From Desulfomonilia bacterium (GTDB lineage Bacteria; Desulfobacterota; Desulfomonilia; UBA1062), in contig JBEKDT010000014.1 in the NCBI GenBank assembly GCA_050014195.1, positions 1 through 64,000 on the forward strand: a stretch of DNA of 64,000 bases, read 5' to 3'. Position 1 is the first letter of the stretch. Every line of letters begins with the position of its first letter. Under the pieces are notes generated by a model. It was not told the DNA's origin. It saw nothing but the letters and a program-made list of their open reading frames with translations, and made no database searches. This document shows, piece after piece, positions 10,340 to 20,418 of the stretch. A program made the translations under genes and the position numbers.

Positions 10340-11458
10340 TTAATCCTTGATGAACTCCAGCGCGATCTTGAGCATCCTTCTGATGGGCTCTGCTGCACCC
10401 CAGAGGAGCTGGTCGCCAACGGTGAAGCAGGTGAGGTACCTATCACCAAGGTTCATCTTGCGGATGCGGCCCACCGGGACCGTGAGCGTTCCGGTTACGG
10501 CAGCCGGTGTCAGGTGTGTAAGGGTCTCCTCCTTGATGTTGGGGACTACCTTGACCCAGTCGTTTGCTCCTGCAATGATCTTTGTTATTTCCTTGAGGCT
10601 TATGTCCTTCTTGAGCTTGATCACAAGCCCCTGAGAGTGGCAGCGCATGGAGCTTATGCGCACGCAGATGCCGTCCACGGGGATGGTCTTCTTCGTGCCA
10701 ATAATCTTGTTGGTCTCCACGATGCCTTTCCATTCCTCACGGCTCTGGCCGTTTTCCATGGCGATATCGATCCAGGGCAGGAGGCTGGCGGCCAGCGGAT
10801 AGCCGAATACCTTCTTGGGAAAGGTCTTGTCGTGGAGGGCGGAGATCACCTGCTTATCGAGCTCCAGGGCCGCGGTTGCCGGCTTGTCGAGCAGTTTCTT
10901 TGATGCCTTGCCCACATAGGCCATCTGCTCCACGAGCTCGCGCATGTTGTTGGCGCCTGCGCCGGATGCCGCCTGGTAGGTTATGGACGTCACCCATTCC
11001 ACCAGGCCTTCTCTGAACAGGCCGCCGATAGCCATGAGCATGAGGCTCACGGTGCAGTTGCCGCCGATATAGTCCTTAATGCCCTTTTTCAGGCCCTTAT
11101 CGATAACGTCCCTGTTTACGGGATCTAGGATGATGATGCTATTGTCCTTCATCCGAAGCGCCGATGATGCATCGATCCAGTAGCCCTTCCATCCGGTCTT
11201 GCGGAGCTTGGGGTAGACTTCCTTTGTATGATCGCTCCCCTGGCAGGTGACGATGATGTCGGCAGTCTTCAGCTCCTTGATGTCGTATGCATCCTTGAGT
11301 GGCGGGATACTCAGACCTATCTTCGGGCCCTTCTGTCCAACCTGAGAGGTTGTGAAGAAGACAGGCTCGAATCCGTGGAAGTTATCTTCCGCCGTCATCC
11401 TGTCCATGAGGACCGAGCCGACCATGCCGCGCCAACCGATGAAAGCTACTCGTGCCAT
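10340..11458 (-). CDS. asd: Aspartate-semialdehyde dehydrogenase
   Basis: GWRGMVGSVL, GGNCTVSLM (catalytic Cys), TYQAASGAG, MRCHSQ, GDQLLWGAAEP. Confidence 0.97.
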   Translation of the reverse strand: MARVAFIGWRGMVGSVLMDRMTAEDNFHGFEPVFFTTSQVGQKGPKIGLSIPPLKDAYDIKELKTADIIVTCQGSDHTKEVYPKLRKTGWKGYWIDASSALRMKDNSIIILDPVNRDVIDKGLKKGIKDYIGGNCTVSLMLMAIGGLFREGLVEWVTSITYQAASGAGANNMRELVEQMAYVGKASKKLLDKPATAALELDKQVISALHDKTFPKKVFGYPLAASLLPWIDIAMENGQSREEWKGIVETNKIIGTKKTIPVDGICVRISSMRCHSQGLVIKLKKDISLKEITKIIAGANDWVKVVPNIKEETLTHLTPAAVTGTLTVPVGRIRKMNLGDRYLTCFTVGDQLLWGAAEPIRRMLKIALEFIKD

Positions 11459-11474
11459 GTGAATATCCTTTCTT

Positions 11475-11543
11475 GATACGGAGTCGCATTCAAGCGCTAC
11501 CTGTGTCGGCTTCTTGGTATCATCTTGAATGCGACTCCGTATC
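11475..11543. repeat. 20-bp perfect inverted repeat in the asd leader
   Basis: gatacggagtcgcattcaag (11475-11494) / cttgaatgcgactccgtatc (11524-11543). Confidence 0.85.
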
Positions 11544-11607
11544 CTAATTTTAATTCACTTAACGGTAAAATGCCTGGGGTGTCAATCGGCAGGTATTAAT
11601 TATAGAG

Positions 11608-11723
11608 AGTTTTAAGTGTTAAGTTTGAAGTTTTAAGTCTCAACTCCTGGTGTTGAGATCTCGTAATCAGTTTTTACCCTACCGGAAAATATCTTTAGAA
11701 CTTAAAACCTAAAACTTAAAACT
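11608..11723. repeat. Inverted heptamer arrays (agtttta)n / (acttaaa)n
   Basis: Four agtttta-like units at 11608-11638 and three complementary acttaaa-like units at 11700-11723. Confidence 0.75.
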
Positions 11724-11724
11724 A

Positions 11725-12978
11725 TTACCGACTGATCTTTTTAAGAACGATGACAAGCATCAAGCCCAAAGCCGCCAGTGCGGATTCCGCATAGAGTGCA
11801 TAGGTAAAACCTCCGGTGAGCTCTTTCACCCGGGCGAATACAAGCGGACCGCAGAAGCCGGCGAATCCGCAGGCAGTGAATATCACCCCGTAGATCTTGC
11901 CGATATGTGCTGCTCCGAACTCGTCTGCTGCCAACGCAGGCATGGAGGCCATAGTCCCGCCGTAGCAGGCCAGGAGGTAGAAACAGAGACCAGCAAAGAT
12001 GAATATGGTATTCACATGGGCCAGTGCAGTGAAACCCAGCGACAGGGAGATGAATATCAGTGCAAAGACAGCCCTTCTCCCGATAAAGTCGGAGATCCAG
12101 GCCCATACGAGCCTGCCGAGTCCGTTGAAGATGCCTGCAATAGCCACAATAGTACCGGAAGCGATAACAATGGATTTCATATTCTCATCGGATACGGCGC
12201 CTCGATGAACCCTGATCATGATATCCTGGGCTATGGGAGAGAGTTGGGATATCAGTCCGAGACCGGCAGTGAGGCTTACAAAAAGCATCATCCACAGAAT
12301 CCAGAACCTGGGTGTACGTATGGCATCGGGAAAGGTTGATGAGACAGGCAGGACTGCAGTTTGCATCGATAATGATTTATTCTGAGGGCTCCAGCCTTCC
12401 GGGGGATTCATGAGCGTAAGGGCTGCCGTGAAGATGATCACGAGGCTGACACCCCCCCACACATAAAAGGTATTGGCAATGCCATACGTTATTATAAGAT
12501 GGGGTCCGATGTTGCCCAGCGTGAACGCACCAAGGCCGTACCCCATGACCGCTAGGCCGGTAAGCAGTCCCCGCTTGTCAGGAAACCACCGGATGAGCGT
12601 GGCGATGGGGGTCACATACCCGAAACCACCCCCGAGCCCGGTGATGAGGCCATAGGCAACCAAAAGCAGGCCTATGCTCTTTATGCTGTTTGCCACACCA
12701 GCCAAAAGAATTCCAATACCGAACATAATGCCGCCCAAGGCCCCGATAACCCGGGGTGCTACCCTGTCCACCAGTGTGCCGCCGAAGGCAACGGCGAAGG
12801 CAAACATCGAAGAGTTGATCATGAATGCGGCCTGGGTCTGGGTCTCGCCCCAGCCGTTAGAAGCCATCATGGGCTTCTTAAAGATCGACCAGGCGTAAAC
12901 TGTTCCCAGGCAGAGCTGCATGAGGATTGCAGACACTGCAACAAACCTCCGCCGGTATATCGGAGAGTTATTGTTCAC
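11725..12978 (-). CDS. OFA-family (oxalate/formate antiporter-like) MFS transporter
   Basis: QLCLGTVYAWSIF, WFPDKRGL..G, NGLGRL.W..ISD.IGR; about 12 TM segments. Confidence 0.88.
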   Translation of the reverse strand: MNNNSPIYRRRFVAVSAILMQLCLGTVYAWSIFKKPMMASNGWGETQTQAAFMINSSMFAFAVAFGGTLVDRVAPRVIGALGGIMFGIGILLAGVANSIKSIGLLLVAYGLITGLGGGFGYVTPIATLIRWFPDKRGLLTGLAVMGYGLGAFTLGNIGPHLIITYGIANTFYVWGGVSLVIIFTAALTLMNPPEGWSPQNKSLSMQTAVLPVSSTFPDAIRTPRFWILWMMLFVSLTAGLGLISQLSPIAQDIMIRVHRGAVSDENMKSIVIASGTIVAIAGIFNGLGRLVWAWISDFIGRRAVFALIFISLSLGFTALAHVNTIFIFAGLCFYLLACYGGTMASMPALAADEFGAAHIGKIYGVIFTACGFAGFCGPLVFARVKELTGGFTYALYAESALAALGLMLVIVLKKISR

Positions 12979-13149
12979 CTTTTCACTCCCAAGAGGGTCA
13001 TTTTGCCCGATTACTTCACCTTAAAAGATCGTGTGCTGAACTGTAAAGCTCATTATTATTCCTTTAATCTTACCTCCTGTTTTCCGATAAGAACGGGCAG
13101 AGAAGAAGTTAGGAGAGGAGTGCCAAAAGGATAACGGGTTAAAGAAAGA

Positions 13150-16100
13150 ATGCTATCACCAGGACAAACCAACCAAATCTTTCCGGCAATACTTCCTGCA
13201 CTTACCACGTTGTTGTTGTGCACCTTGATCCTTTTCCCCATAGGAAAGCAAGGCAGGAATGTCTGGAAATTCAGACTGCTGGGGATCATTTGTTGCCTTG
13301 GATGGCTTTACAGCCTTGGGTATATCGGTACACTCTTCAGCGGATCCGCCATAGTCCTCTCTGCAGTGCGCAGGTTTCTCTTTCCCCTTTACTTTTTCTT
13401 CCTCCCGCTTTGCGTTCATCTTTGCCGAAAGATATCACGTGCCCGATCCAGAAAATACCTTTTGGGGACTTTTTATGGCATAACTACACTCCTTGTTGCT
13501 ACTTCCTGGTGGGTGCAGGCACTGCCGGAATTGATTTTCCCCCTGTTAGCCGGTGCAGGGGTCATTTATTGCGCCCTTATCCTGTATAGTGCAATGGGTG
13601 AGAAGAGGATGACCAGCCAGGCTCTCGATGTATGGTTTGTTTTCTCAGGCATTACAGGATTATTGATCCTGGCATCCATGCAAACGTACTCCTTTCTGAG
13701 CAGTGCGTCTGTTTCGTTTGCGTTCATCCCCCTGGTGTTCCTTGCGCTTGGAGTAGTTATAAATGAGGAAGCCCAGGAAGAACCAGTCATCAAAAGGGGA
13801 GAGCTTATCAAATGTATCATGGCGGCATTCATCTTGTTGCCGATTTCCTATGACATTATTGTTCTTGTCCTGAACCTGGGGAGCATAAATCTCGGAATGT
13901 ATCTGTCGAACCTCTTATCCTTCGGTTTGGCGAAGATTATCTCCATAACGATCTGTGCAAGCCTCGCCTTGTTTCTCTTCACCAGGAAGACGGACCAGAC
14001 CAACAACACCCTGATTGCACTGAACTGCATGCTCCTGGCCATACTCAATCTCAGAGATGTGGTAATCGCCCTTCTCCCTGAGTTCCAAACCCTGCAGATC
14101 TTCCTTCTGCATGATATCTTTATCGCAGCATCAATAGGCTCATATGTCCACCTCGTATACCGTATTGCGCAGAAACCACGTAGTATCGCTATTCCTTTGG
14201 GGTATGGCATCAGTGGTATACTCATATCGTTGCTGATCTTCAAGGCTGGTCTTACCGGTATCCAGGGGGAAGGCATCATGCATGCGCCGCTTGTGTGGGT
14301 GCTGCTTGCCATATTCTGTTATTGCAGTATTGTCCTGTTCAAGGCATCAAGGAAAGAGGCTGATCCTCAGAGAAAAGAAGGATTGAGGATTTTCTTCATC
14401 GGCTCCGGGCTTGCCATTCTCATACAGGCCTTTAACTTCCTCTCCAGCTTGGGCATCGACCCCGTACAGGTCGATACCCTCCTTGTCATCCCTGCCGCTT
14501 TGATCGTCTATGGACTCACCTATAAAGATCTCCTGAACATGAGTATGTCCTCAAAGAGGCAGATGCTCACAACAGGCCTCAAGGCCGTCCTTGCTATTGC
14601 TTATATAGCCATCAGCCCGGTCTTTTTATGGATATTACACGAATATGGTGCACTCTATGTCATCAACAGGATCATACCCTATGGCATACCCCCTCTTTTA
14701 TCCTTTCTCTGTGCAGCGGTTCTCTCATTATTTGTTTTAGGTCTTGAACAGAATCGTCTCGAGGCGATTCTCTTCAGCCTTATCAGCTTCTGTTATGCCC
14801 TTTTAAATCTTGATATCACCCTGGTGGCCATTGTACCCGACATCAACCTTGCATTGAAGATTTCCCGTCTCGATCACTTCTTTCTTTGTCTTATCATGTT
14901 CGGGGTCAATCTCCATCTCAGCTATCTCGTGATCGGAAAGAAGACCAAGTGGTGGGTAGTCTATGCGGCATACATTATCGGGATCATCATGGCGCCACTT
15001 TCCCAGACCCGCTACTACTTCCAGGGCATGTATACCTATTACTGGGGATACTTTGCTCACAAGGCCATACTTTTCGATATTATGAGCGGACTATGGCTTG
15101 CCGGTCTTCTCTATGGAATCTATCTGCTCAATAAGGAACGCAAGACGACAAAGGCCTTGCAGAAGACCAAGGTCAGTCGCGTCCTTAGAGCCTTTCAAAT
15201 CCTGGCCGCATTGAGCATGTCCAATATCCCGGCCATCAACGGGGTCGAGTTCTATCCACTCGGGACCTTTGCATTCATAGGACTCATCTACCTTGCCTAT
15301 GGCCTTTTCGTCTTCAATCTAAGACATGCCCTCCAGCAGGTGAGGGCCGCCGTTTTCTGGATCGGCATCGTTATCCTCCTTGGAGCGATCGGGCTCTTTC
15401 CTCAGAAAATACTGCACGTCGAGAATTATACCACCCTGATGCTTGTGAGCGTACTCGGGGTGGTCATCCTCTTTCGTCCGGCGCGCAAGGGGTGGAATGC
15501 GGTGGTGAATCTGTTTATCATGAATGAGAGGGACGAACTGAATGACGAATATGCGCGCTTTACAGAAAACCTCTCCCATATTCATCATCTCAAGGACATC
15601 CATCAGGCCCTCAATGAGTGGTCGTTCCGTGTGTTCTCAACTACATTCTGCGCACTTCTTGTCCGCAGGGGAGATAATGAATCCCTCAAGGGCTGGAATA
15701 CATGGAACACAAATTTTTCATCAGGGCTCTTCAGCAAGGATGATGACATACCCTGCGGTGAACACCTCCTTGACATAGAACCTGATCATGCAATTTCAAG
15801 GATCGCAGGCATGAGCAATGGCATTGCATCAGGCGATATGCTTGCGAAGATGATATCCGAGTTACCGTCTAAGACAAAGCGTGAATCCGAGCTGTTCGAA
15901 TATGCGGAGATCCTTCTCCCTGTCAGTCTGGGTGATCATAGCCTTGCTGTGCTCTTGCTTGGAAGGAAAAACAACGGATCAGGCTACAGGGCCTCCGAGA
16001 TCGATCTGATCCAGTCAATGGTCCTCGTGCTGGGACCCTATATTGAAAATGCATTGCTCCTGGAATCTCTTGAAGGCCAGGTCAACAAACGAACGAGTGA

Positions 16101-17166
16101 TCTCAATAAAGCCCTTATCGAGGCCATGCTCAAGGAAAAGGAGATCATAGCCCGGAATCAGGTGATCGAGACGCAGAATCAGATCATGGCGGTCCTGCTC
16201 GAAACGAGTACAAGGATACACCATATTGAAGGGTTGGATGATCTCTTCAGCTTTACCCTGAATCAGCTGAAGATCCTGTTCCCTGATCTATGCGGAGGTA
16301 TTATCATTGAAGGAGCCAAGCGGAACATCCTTGAAGCCAGTGCATTTGTGGGCCTGAGTGATGCGGAGCAGAAGGTCATCCTGGAACACAGGCTTAGGAT
16401 CACCGAACCTGGAATCGATACTATTTTACGCGCGGAGATGGAAAAGGAAGAGATTGTGGGAAATAGTCCGGACACACCGTTCTGGAAGGTATTTCCTTTG
16501 CAGGGAAGGAGTGAGAAGGCCGTTGGGTATATGATCCTTAAAGGAAAAGACCTTGACGGGCCAACAGGAGAGACGGTCATCCTTTTCATTGCCCAGATCT
16601 CTGCGGTTGTGCAGAACAGGCTCCTGCTCACCCACTTGGAGAAGATGGCAAGCACGGATAGTCTCACCGGCGTCTACAACCGGTCTTTCCTGGACCGTGA
16701 GCTGGGAAAGGCCGTCAAGCATGCCAAGCGTATCAAGAATATGTGGTTCTCGCTTATGATTATTGATGTGAACGGGCTCAAGCAGATCAATGATACCTAC
16801 GGACACGGGGTGGGAGATGAGGCCATCATCAAGGTAGCGGGCATGCTCAAGTCGGCATGTAGGGACACGGACATCGTCTCGCGCATCGGAGGAGATGAGT
16901 TCGCCGTACTGATGCCCTCGACAAACCTGCCTCAGGCTGAGATCCTCCATACCAGGATCAGGGATGGGGAAACGGGCCTAAGGGTGCTTCTTACACCTTC
17001 TGAAGGCAAACATATCAATATCCCCATCCGTATCAGCATCGGGCTTGCAAGCTCAGATGAATCAGATCCTGATAACGTCATGAAGATGGCCGATGATCGC
17101 ATGTACCTTGACAAACAGCATTATTATGCAATGCGGGCCAAAGAACCAAGTTTTGCGCGTCAATGA
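13150..17166 (+). CDS. Polytopic membrane diguanylate cyclase (tandem 7TM-like sensor repeats, GAF-like regions, GGDEF)
   Basis: About 780 aa hydrophobic N-terminus, TDSLTGVYNR, D.NGLKQIND.YGH..GD, intact GGDEF with RxxD I-site (RDTDIVSRIGGDEF). Confidence 0.88.
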   Translation: MLSPGQTNQIFPAILPALTTLLLCTLILFPIGKQGRNVWKFRLLGIICCLGWLYSLGYIGTLFSGSAIVLSAVRRFLFPLYFFFLPLCVHLCRKISRARSRKYLLGTFYGITTLLVATSWWVQALPELIFPLLAGAGVIYCALILYSAMGEKRMTSQALDVWFVFSGITGLLILASMQTYSFLSSASVSFAFIPLVFLALGVVINEEAQEEPVIKRGELIKCIMAAFILLPISYDIIVLVLNLGSINLGMYLSNLLSFGLAKIISITICASLALFLFTRKTDQTNNTLIALNCMLLAILNLRDVVIALLPEFQTLQIFLLHDIFIAASIGSYVHLVYRIAQKPRSIAIPLGYGISGILISLLIFKAGLTGIQGEGIMHAPLVWVLLAIFCYCSIVLFKASRKEADPQRKEGLRIFFIGSGLAILIQAFNFLSSLGIDPVQVDTLLVIPAALIVYGLTYKDLLNMSMSSKRQMLTTGLKAVLAIAYIAISPVFLWILHEYGALYVINRIIPYGIPPLLSFLCAAVLSLFVLGLEQNRLEAILFSLISFCYALLNLDITLVAIVPDINLALKISRLDHFFLCLIMFGVNLHLSYLVIGKKTKWWVVYAAYIIGIIMAPLSQTRYYFQGMYTYYWGYFAHKAILFDIMSGLWLAGLLYGIYLLNKERKTTKALQKTKVSRVLRAFQILAALSMSNIPAINGVEFYPLGTFAFIGLIYLAYGLFVFNLRHALQQVRAAVFWIGIVILLGAIGLFPQKILHVENYTTLMLVSVLGVVILFRPARKGWNAVVNLFIMNERDELNDEYARFTENLSHIHHLKDIHQALNEWSFRVFSTTFCALLVRRGDNESLKGWNTWNTNFSSGLFSKDDDIPCGEHLLDIEPDHAISRIAGMSNGIASGDMLAKMISELPSKTKRESELFEYAEILLPVSLGDHSLAVLLLGRKNNGSGYRASEIDLIQSMVLVLGPYIENALLLESLEGQVNKRTSDLNKALIEAMLKEKEIIARNQVIETQNQIMAVLLETSTRIHHIEGLDDLFSFTLNQLKILFPDLCGGIIIEGAKRNILEASAFVGLSDAEQKVILEHRLRITEPGIDTILRAEMEKEEIVGNSPDTPFWKVFPLQGRSEKAVGYMILKGKDLDGPTGETVILFIAQISAVVQNRLLLTHLEKMASTDSLTGVYNRSFLDRELGKAVKHAKRIKNMWFSLMIIDVNGLKQINDTYGHGVGDEAIIKVAGMLKSACRDTDIVSRIGGDEFAVLMPSTNLPQAEILHTRIRDGETGLRVLLTPSEGKHINIPIRISIGLASSDESDPDNVMKMADDRMYLDKQHYYAMRAKEPSFARQ

Positions 17167-17284
17167 CGCATCGTTTTTAAATTATCCTTAGGTTTTTTCC
17201 CCGGATAAGCGCATATGCTTTCAATCGTCTCATGGTTTTAGTAACCGTTCACCTCCTAGCCGGTAAAAAATTCACAGGAAAGGA

Positions 17285-17313
17285 TTGACAATGCAGAGGA
17301 AAGCAATTATTAC
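17285..17313 (+). promoter_or_regulatory. Putative sigma70 promoter of the OmpA-family gene
   Basis: TTGACA-N17-TATTAC upstream of a strong RBS. Confidence 0.45.
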
Positions 17314-17379
17314 TTGAAGTTAAGAAAATAATTCCCTCTATGAGGATATTCGGAGATGAAGAACGAGGAGGAGGTACCT

Positions 17380-18420
17380 ATGAAGAACCGTAGTATGCTT
17401 TCAGCAGCAGTCATGGCGTTTCTTATTCTATGTTTTTGCGTAACCGGAGCTTATGCCGAGAACCGGGAAGGGGCGATCACGGTGACGCCATTTATAGGCG
17501 GGTTAGACATCGACAGACATATACCCTGGGATGCTACAAGTTGGGCCTATGGACTTGGGCTGGGATATAATATATCTGAGAAGCTCGGAGTAGAATTAAC
17601 TTTCCATTATGCTGAACCCCGAGATAAAGACTCTCAGATGAATCTTAATACCGGCATAACCCCACCTAATTATGATGGGAAAATCTATGTCTACAAGCTT
17701 GATCTGCTCTATCATTTAATAGGTCTTCTTCCGGGTGATTTAGTTCTGCCCTATATTGCAGGGGGCATAGGGGATATCAAATATTCAACTAATCGCCCAA
17801 ATGGTTTTTCGGAAAATAATTTTCTGGTGGATGCTGGTGGAGGCTTAAAAATCTTCCTCACCAGAGATTTGGCCCTTAGAGGGGATGTACGTTATATGTT
17901 GGACTTCGATAGTGAACATGATCATAATAGTCTTCTCTACACCGTCGGCCTGACCTATGAGATCGGCGGGAAAACGAAAGAGGTTGAGCCTGAGCCGGTT
18001 GCCGCCTCTGAGCCTGCACCAGCACCCGCTCCCGCTCCTGCTGTGGTAACTCCTCCACCAGCACCGGCACCGAAAGAGCAGGGGTCGATCACCTTCAGAA
18101 ACATCCTTTTTGATTTCGACAAATACACGATAAAGCCCGAATCCTACCCCATTCTCGATGAGGTGACGGATTATCTCAAGGCCAATCCGAATGTGAAGAT
18201 GGAAGTCCAGGGCTATTGCGACAACAGGGGCACATATAAATACAACGTGAAGCTCTCTGACGAGCGTGCCAAAGCCGTAAGGAAATACTTGGTGGATAAA
18301 GGCATTCCGGGCGATAGACTCACTGCCAAGGGTTACAGCTTCGATAATCCTGTAGCCTCCAATGCCACCGACGAGGGCAGGGCATTGAACAGAAGGGTCG
18401 TATTCAAACCCATCCAGTAG
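17380..18420 (+). CDS. OmpA/OprF-like outer membrane protein
   Basis: Signal peptide, beta-barrel domain, (PA)n linker, C-terminal peptidoglycan-binding domain (FDFDK, YN.KLS.ERA, GRALNRRV); RBS gaggagg. Confidence 0.92.
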   Translation: MKNRSMLSAAVMAFLILCFCVTGAYAENREGAITVTPFIGGLDIDRHIPWDATSWAYGLGLGYNISEKLGVELTFHYAEPRDKDSQMNLNTGITPPNYDGKIYVYKLDLLYHLIGLLPGDLVLPYIAGGIGDIKYSTNRPNGFSENNFLVDAGGGLKIFLTRDLALRGDVRYMLDFDSEHDHNSLLYTVGLTYEIGGKTKEVEPEPVAASEPAPAPAPAPAVVTPPPAPAPKEQGSITFRNILFDFDKYTIKPESYPILDEVTDYLKANPNVKMEVQGYCDNRGTYKYNVKLSDERAKAVRKYLVDKGIPGDRLTAKGYSFDNPVASNATDEGRALNRRVVFKPIQ

Positions 18421-18445
18421 CTGCTGTTTTTACGATATCGCAATG

Positions 18446-18485
18446 AAAGGGAAGGCCGGGTGTTGACCCGTCCTTCCCTTTTTCT
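18446..18485 (+). terminator. Rho-independent terminator
   Basis: aaagggaagg.cggg-N6-cccg.ccttccctt followed by T-tract, just after the ompA-like stop. Confidence 0.75.
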
Positions 18486-18614
18486 GTTCCGACACCGTAT
18501 TTATTGACTCTATGAACCGGCCCCCTATTATTAGACGAAGGCAAGGCATATTCTCTATAAGGACTGTTGATTTTCTTTGGGGTGAAAATCCCGCACGGAC
18601 ATAAGGGAGGTAAC

Positions 18615-19139
18615 ATGGATGAGAGACAACGCATTGAAGCACTTGATGCGGCACTTCAAAACGAAAAGAATGAGAGAGAGTTTTATCTCAAACATGCAGG
18701 GCGTACCCGTAACCCTATAGGGAAGGCCATGTTTCAAAAGATAGCTGATGATGAGCTGGAGCATTACCAGAGGCTTAAGGCCCTCCACGAAAAGTGGCAA
18801 AAGAAAGATAAATGGCCCGAGACTCTCCCACTGAGCGTGAAGAATACGAATATCCAATCCGTCCTTCGGGATTTGATCAGGAAAGTTGAAGAGTCTCCTC
18901 TGGCTGACACCGATGATCTGGAGGCCGTCGACATAGCAGCGGCATTCGAGGCAAAGGGAGCCGAGGCCTATATCGAGCTGAGCAGAAGTGTCACGGATGG
19001 AAAAGAAAAGGCCTTCTTCGAGCTGCTTGCATCAATGGAGCGGGAGCACTACCTCTCCCTGAAAGATTTTGAGGAATATATGAAGGACCCTTCTTCGTGG
19101 TTTACCAAAAGGGAGCACCATGGGTTGGATGGCGCATAG
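18615..19139 (+). CDS. Rubrerythrin/ferritin-like di-iron protein
   Basis: Two E..FY / ExxH helix pairs (DELEH, MEREH); RBS gggagg. Confidence 0.85.
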   Translation: MDERQRIEALDAALQNEKNEREFYLKHAGRTRNPIGKAMFQKIADDELEHYQRLKALHEKWQKKDKWPETLPLSVKNTNIQSVLRDLIRKVEESPLADTDDLEAVDIAAAFEAKGAEAYIELSRSVTDGKEKAFFELLASMEREHYLSLKDFEEYMKDPSSWFTKREHHGLDGA

Positions 19140-19230
19140 GGATTCTTAAGGATGTTTCTTTAAGGTTTGTGACGGCGTCGATGAGGCAAGTATCTCATAA
19201 ATCTTAAAGGGTGACGGAATATGAATATCC

Positions 19231-20079
19231 ATGGGAAAGAGAAAGCATAAACCCGACAAGCCATGCTTTGCCCCGATATACATTATTTCCGGTGGTACGG
19301 GTGCAAGCGGCCTGCAGCTCGTGAATACCGTGCTTGCCCAGTTTCCTGGTTTTGAAGTTCCTGTTGTCGCCAAAGCACATGTAAACAGTATCACCCAACT
19401 GCAAGATGTCCTCGATCAGTCAGAACAGACCGGCGGTATTATTGTGTATACCCTCGTGGATACCTTCCTGAGAAATACCATGAACTCTCTTGGCAACAAG
19501 CATGGTGTGCCTGTTATCGATCTTATGGGGGTATTGATGGAACATCTCTCAGAGATGCTTGATAGTAATCCTGTCTGTCGCCCCGGCCTCTATCATAACC
19601 TGAACAAGCGCTATTTCGATCGTGTGGAAGCCATTGAATTCTCCATTGCCCATGATGACGGGCTGAACCCCCAGGACCTTGACAAAGCCGAGATTGTGTT
19701 GGCCGGGGTATCTCGGGTGGGCAAGACACCTCTTGCCATGTACCTTGCCATGCAGGGGTTCAAAACAGCGAATGTGCCGTTCATACCAGGACAGTCTCCC
19801 CTGCCGGAACTCGATCAGGTCGAACCCGGGCGTGTTATCGGGTTGACTATTGATGAGACGCGCCTTGTATCCCATCGCAAGGACCGTAAAGAGAAGCTCA
19901 AACTCGACAGGCATGGTGGTTATTCGGATCTTAAGATGATCTTTGATGAGCTGGAACAGGCACGGAAAATTTTCAGACAAAAAGGATATTCCGTGATCGA
20001 TATTACGAACAAGCCTTTGGAGACCAGCGCCGATGAGATCGTGAAGATCATAACGCGAAGGTTCGGCAACAGGGAATAA
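19231..20079 (+). CDS. Pyruvate,water/phosphate dikinase regulatory protein (DUF299 kinase-pyrophosphorylase)
   Basis: YFDRVEAIEF...HDDG, GVSRVGKTP, ANVP, IDIT.K..E motifs. Confidence 0.9.
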   Translation: MGKRKHKPDKPCFAPIYIISGGTGASGLQLVNTVLAQFPGFEVPVVAKAHVNSITQLQDVLDQSEQTGGIIVYTLVDTFLRNTMNSLGNKHGVPVIDLMGVLMEHLSEMLDSNPVCRPGLYHNLNKRYFDRVEAIEFSIAHDDGLNPQDLDKAEIVLAGVSRVGKTPLAMYLAMQGFKTANVPFIPGQSPLPELDQVEPGRVIGLTIDETRLVSHRKDRKEKLKLDRHGGYSDLKMIFDELEQARKIFRQKGYSVIDITNKPLETSADEIVKIITRRFGNRE

Positions 20080-20418
20080 ATCCTAAAAAGCGACCCCAAG
20101 AGAGACGCTGAACAATCTTGCCCACGCAAAGGCTGCATTAAGTAGTAACTTACCCCTAATATTTCACATAAATACCAAAAAATATCAATCATTTTGTTGA
20201 CATGGGTGAGATGCAATGCTATGAGCACGTCCAAGACGTTCTTGTATTTTGCAGGGCCTTTGTTTCACGAAAATTGCTTTTAGTTCTGGGCCCCGATTTG
20301 GAAAAACACCATGAATCGCAAGTTTTTTGTTTTGACGCGTCCTGGTCGGCGAGAGAGAGCGCTTTGATCCGGGAAGCAGCGGTGTTGGTGTACAAATTTC
20401 TTTAGAGGGGGGACGCTG

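Noticed and set aside
17985-18072. Short tandem repeats in the ompA-like gene
   Set aside because: They encode the ordinary Pro-Ala linker.
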